The notes under the pieces were generated by a model, which saw only the letters and a program-made list of their open reading frames with translations, did not search any database and had not been told where the DNA came from. A stretch of 27,135 nucleotides of DNA. Source: a virus. Lineage: Duplodnaviria > Caudoviricetes. The translations under genes and the position numbers were made by a program. The stretch spans positions 1 to 27,135 of the IMG/VR virus record IMGVR_UViG_3300042858_000010, one strand, 5' to 3'. Positions 24,285 to 27,135 of the stretch are shown here, piece after piece; within the stretch, counting starts at the first letter, position 1; every line of letters starts with the position of its first letter.

Positions 24285-25532
24285 ATGGCGGACTTTAGAG
24301 GCACGATATTAACGCGAAGAGGGAGAAACCTTTTAGCCAAAGCCCAAACCGGGACTACACTAACTTTCACAAAAATAGCAATCGGTGATGGGCTCTGGCT
24401 TTCAAACACAGACCCAACACAACTGAACGACCTCGTTTCTCCAAAGCTAAATCTACCGATACAGGAAATTAGAGTCGTCGGTGATGGGACGGTCCGGTTG
24501 AGGTTTGTGTTAACTAACACCGCTCTTTCTCAAGGTTTCTTCATGCGGGAAATCGGTATTTATGCCCAAGATCCAGACCTTGGAGAAATTCTTTATGCAG
24601 TGGCATATGCGGGAGATAGGGCGGACTTTATTCCCGCCGATGGCATCACTAAAGTTGAGAATGTTGTTGACATCTACACAGTCATTGCAAACGCACAAAA
24701 CGTCACCGCAGTGATTTCCGATACGGTTGTCCTTGCGACGAAACAGGACATTGACACGGTAAAACCTGAAGCCAGCTCTACTGCTCCAAGCTTCACATAC
24801 CCGGGGAAGCTATGGGTAGATGGAGATGAATTCCTGAAATACTTCAACGGCTCCAACTGGCAGGGTCTAAAAGTATCCTTTGCCGATACCGTAGACGGTT
24901 TTCATGCAAGTCTTACACCAGCACCATTTACACTTGTGCCTCTTAATGCAAATGGGGTTTTGGATTTGAGTAGCACTTACATAAGGAGTAATGTTTATAC
25001 ATTTAAAAGAATAAACGGAAATGAACTAACTTCTGATTATCCGCTTGCGGTAGGAGAAGAGGCGATTTATACATTTTCTACCTCATCACCACCTATCAAT
25101 GTTCCTTTGCGTATTGCGACAGTTCCGTATGGAGTTTATCAGATACTGATTTTTGACTATATGATAACAACACCGAGTTCGGATTTAGGGCATTATGGTT
25201 TGTTGCCGAATAACACAATTTATAGTAATATGTTTAGGTGTGTTTTTATTACTTTTCATGAAAATTCAACCAGTTTGCAGTTTTTCACATATATAACGAA
25301 TGGTTTCTGTTTTGACAAATTTACAGGCGGTTTATGTTCTGTTTTTGTGAATGTATATAACAGAGTTGCAACGTTTGAAAGTTCAGCAAATGTATCAGTT
25401 TTAGAAACTTATCCAGGTGCAAAAAGGATAGGAACTACAAGATGGTTAGACAAATCTACTTCATGGACTTCATTAGGAACTATGTTGTGTAATTCAACTG
25501 CAGGGCTTATCTTAGTTAGGAGGTTGCTGTAA
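24285..25532 (+). CDS. tail fibre protein (P2 GpH-type N-terminal anchor plus variable tip)
   Basis: ILTRRGRNLLA...IAIGDG...GFFMREIGIYA anchor; ADTVDGFHAS junction; AT-rich tip region. Confidence 0.88.
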   Translation: MADFRGTILTRRGRNLLAKAQTGTTLTFTKIAIGDGLWLSNTDPTQLNDLVSPKLNLPIQEIRVVGDGTVRLRFVLTNTALSQGFFMREIGIYAQDPDLGEILYAVAYAGDRADFIPADGITKVENVVDIYTVIANAQNVTAVISDTVVLATKQDIDTVKPEASSTAPSFTYPGKLWVDGDEFLKYFNGSNWQGLKVSFADTVDGFHASLTPAPFTLVPLNANGVLDLSSTYIRSNVYTFKRINGNELTSDYPLAVGEEAIYTFSTSSPPINVPLRIATVPYGVYQILIFDYMITTPSSDLGHYGLLPNNTIYSNMFRCVFITFHENSTSLQFFTYITNGFCFDKFTGGLCSVFVNVYNRVATFESSANVSVLETYPGAKRIGTTRWLDKSTSWTSLGTMLCNSTAGLILVRRLL

Positions 25533-25960
25533 TGAAGGTGTATGCCTTTATCCACCCAGACCTCAAAACCCTTTGCTGTGCTGTTTTGCGAGAAGCAGTG
25601 CCTCCAAACACTGAATATGTTGAATTTGAAGTAGGAAGTCCAGATGATGTAATTTATGACGGAACACAAATTAAATTGAAAACAGAAGAAGAAAGACTTG
25701 CAGAAGAAAAGCAGAAGAAACTTGCGGAATTAAGAAGCTATGTTGCAAGCTTACTTTTACAGACTGACTATGTCATAACAAAACTTGCAGAAGCTGAAGC
25801 ACTTGGAGACACAGAAGCTGTAGAACAGCTCAAACAGAGATACGCAAAACAGCTACAGCAGAGGCAAGCAATCAGGCGATGGAACGAACAGATGAAGCAG
25901 GCAATACGAAATGCAGAGACCTTAGAGGAACTAAGGAGGATAGAAATCAGATATGGTTAA
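25532..25960 (+). CDS. tail fibre assembly/chaperone-like protein (right copy)
   Basis: Follows the fibre gene; paralog of 1918..2349. Confidence 0.68.
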   Translation: MKVYAFIHPDLKTLCCAVLREAVPPNTEYVEFEVGSPDDVIYDGTQIKLKTEEERLAEEKQKKLAELRSYVASLLLQTDYVITKLAEAEALGDTEAVEQLKQRYAKQLQQRQAIRRWNEQMKQAIRNAETLEELRRIEIRYG

Positions 25961-26291
25961 GGCTTTGTTTTTTGTAAGCATAATAGTAAGCTTAATGTTG
26001 TTTGGTGCTTGGTTTTATGAACGCAAAACACACTTCCAAACTGTGAAAGCACTTGCAACGTGTAAAGCAGAACTTCAAGCCACACAAGAGAACCTTGCCA
26101 AATACGTGCAACTATACACGGACCTGCGGAATAAGTGTGAATTGGATAAAAGGCAAATAGAAAAGAGATACACCGCCCTCCTCAAAAAAGCTACCGAACC
26201 TATCCCACAGATAAACATCCCACCGCACACGGATGAGTGCGAGGCTATAAGGAGGATGATAGATGAGGCAAGCAAGCATTTTAGCCCTTAG
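25953..26291 (+). CDS. i-spanin (right copy)
   Basis: N-terminal TM plus coiled coil; paralog of 1581..1925. Confidence 0.72.
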   Translation: MVKALFFVSIIVSLMLFGAWFYERKTHFQTVKALATCKAELQATQENLAKYVQLYTDLRNKCELDKRQIEKRYTALLKKATEPIPQINIPPHTDECEAIRRMIDEASKHFSP

Positions 26292-26508
26292 TCTGTTTTT
26301 GTTGGCCTGCGCCACAAAACCGCAAGGGCAAGTAATAGAAAAAGAAGTCATCGTAAAGTGCCCTATTCCTGACATCCCACGAACAGAGAGACCCATTATT
26401 AGGCCTGAACAGCCATACACTGAAAAATTGCAGTCTCTTTTGAACTACCTATTTAGACTTGAAAGGGAAAACGAACTTTTAAGGGAGGTGATAGACACAT
26501 GCAGGTAG
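26263..26508 (+). CDS. o-spanin lipoprotein (right copy)
   Basis: Lipobox LLAC; paralog of 1361..1609. Confidence 0.75.
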   Translation: MRQASILALSLFLLACATKPQGQVIEKEVIVKCPIPDIPRTERPIIRPEQPYTEKLQSLLNYLFRLERENELLREVIDTCR

Positions 26509-26777
26509 TAGAAGTGCTAAGAAGAATACTGAAGCATTACGGCGTTGATTTAGCCCTTGCAATTGTGTTTATGCTTGTGGCTTTTGCATACGTCTACGAC
26601 CAACCCACGCTTTTGAGTGCAATAGCCAGAAAGGCGGCATTGGCAAGTGCGGGACTGGTGTATTACTACATCACGAGAGTTCTCAAGGTGGGCTTCATTG
26701 AGTGGAGGGATCCTTATGACAAGATATATAGTATTGCTTTGCTTATCTATATTGCCCTCGTTTTCGCTCTGGGCTAA
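26499..26777 (+). CDS. putative holin (right copy)
   Basis: 79/92 residues identical to 1095..1373 by manual alignment. Confidence 0.7.
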   Translation: MQVVEVLRRILKHYGVDLALAIVFMLVAFAYVYDQPTLLSAIARKAALASAGLVYYYITRVLKVGFIEWRDPYDKIYSIALLIYIALVFALG

Positions 26778-27135
26778 TTCCAGATGCTTGAAGCTTGAGC
26801 CAGCTATAACAGAAGCAACGCATAAATACATAGCTCCAGACTACCCCATCCATTACAATGTTGCCACCGCAGAAAAAGAGACGGGCTGCAGGTGGCGAGA
26901 AAGCGCCGACGGGCATGGCTCAGTTGGATACTTCCAGCTGACTCCGAAGTTCTTAGACCCACTACTACGTCCACTATTCCCTGATTACACAAAGCCATAC
27001 AGCAAAGACCACTTTTACGCCTTCGCCTACTACCTGAACACGCTTATACGGAGTAGTCCCACCTCACGCCTCTGGGTGGCTTACCAGAGATACAACGGCG
27101 GGAACTGGGTTATTCAAGAGTGCAGGCGAGCTGGG
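26716..27135 (+). CDS. endolysin, lytic transglycosylase (right copy, truncated by the window edge)
   Basis: Not in the ORF track. Manual translation from ATG 26716 (GGAGG SD) gives MTRYIVLLCLSILPSFSLWANSRCLKLEPAITEA...AEKETGCRW...GYFQLTP...YNGGNWVIQECRRAG, open to the end. Confidence 0.85.
   Translation, partial: MTRYIVLLCLSILPSFSLWANSRCLKLEPAITEATHKYIAPDYPIHYNVATAEKETGCRWRESADGHGSVGYFQLTPKFLDPLLRPLFPDYTKPYSKDHFYAFAYYLNTLIRSSPTSRLWVAYQRYNGGNWVIQECRRAG

Larger units (their letters stand above)
1..27135. mobile_element. Mu-like transposable prophage (contractile-tail type), internal portion; ends not in window
   Basis: DDE transposase next to an AAA ATPase; Mu gp25-gp30-like order up to portal and gpF; P2-type baseplate/tail genes; capsid; lysis cassettes; repressor switch. 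No host housekeeping genes seen. Confidence 0.92.
24882..27135 (+). repeat. right arm of the diverged inverted duplication
   Basis: Homology starts at the ADTVDGFHAS codons and runs off the window edge. Confidence 0.9.

Noticed and set aside
2346-25532. Diversity-generating retroelement (TR/VR pair) between the two fibre tips
   Set aside because: The tips differ at all base types and by indels, not only at adenines, and no reverse transcriptase is in the window.
735-27135. Terminal inverted duplication as a pure assembly artefact
   Set aside because: The copies carry many synonymous and non-synonymous differences and indels. A chimera of two related prophages cannot be excluded without reads.
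1-27135. Phage ends (TG...CA with transposase-binding repeats), tRNA or rRNA genes
   Set aside because: Both edges of the window fall in or at phage coding sequence, and no structured RNA gene was recognised by eye.

Overview
The whole window is the interior of a transposable (Mu-like) myovirus prophage. It is probably from a thermophilic diderm host; the K/E-rich proteins and spanins suggest Aquificae, which is inference only. No host genes or phage ends are visible. A central switch (CI-like XRE/S24 repressor on +, Cro/Ner-like gene on -) separates two arms. The left arm (-) carries early genes (ParB-HTH protein, DDE transposase, MuB-like ATPase, DnaC-like ATPase), then scaffold, capsid and neck genes, a fibre-like gene and a lysis cassette. 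The right arm (+) carries P2-type tail U-X-D-V, Mu-type terS-terL-portal-gpF, baseplate W-J-I, the tail fibre and a second lysis cassette. Notable structure: (1) a 14-bp palindrome CTGCAA-WW-TTGCAG occurs exactly six times, plus many near-copies, inside unrelated genes and in different frames, making it a candidate parS-like array for the phage ParB; (2) a diverged inverted duplication of fibre tip-chaperone-spanins-holin-endolysin sits at both ends and starts at a shared 20-bp core inside the fibre genes; (3) a conserved motif about 42 bp upstream of SD-less (leaderless) first genes marks the junctions of shuffled late modules; (4) a 27-bp direct repeat brackets a four-gene, two-terminator block ahead of the transposition genes; (5) gpF has a toxin-like C-terminal extension; (6) the left endolysin has a probable frameshift at a TA tract. 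Sheath, tube, tape measure, prohead protease and invertase genes were not recognised in the window.
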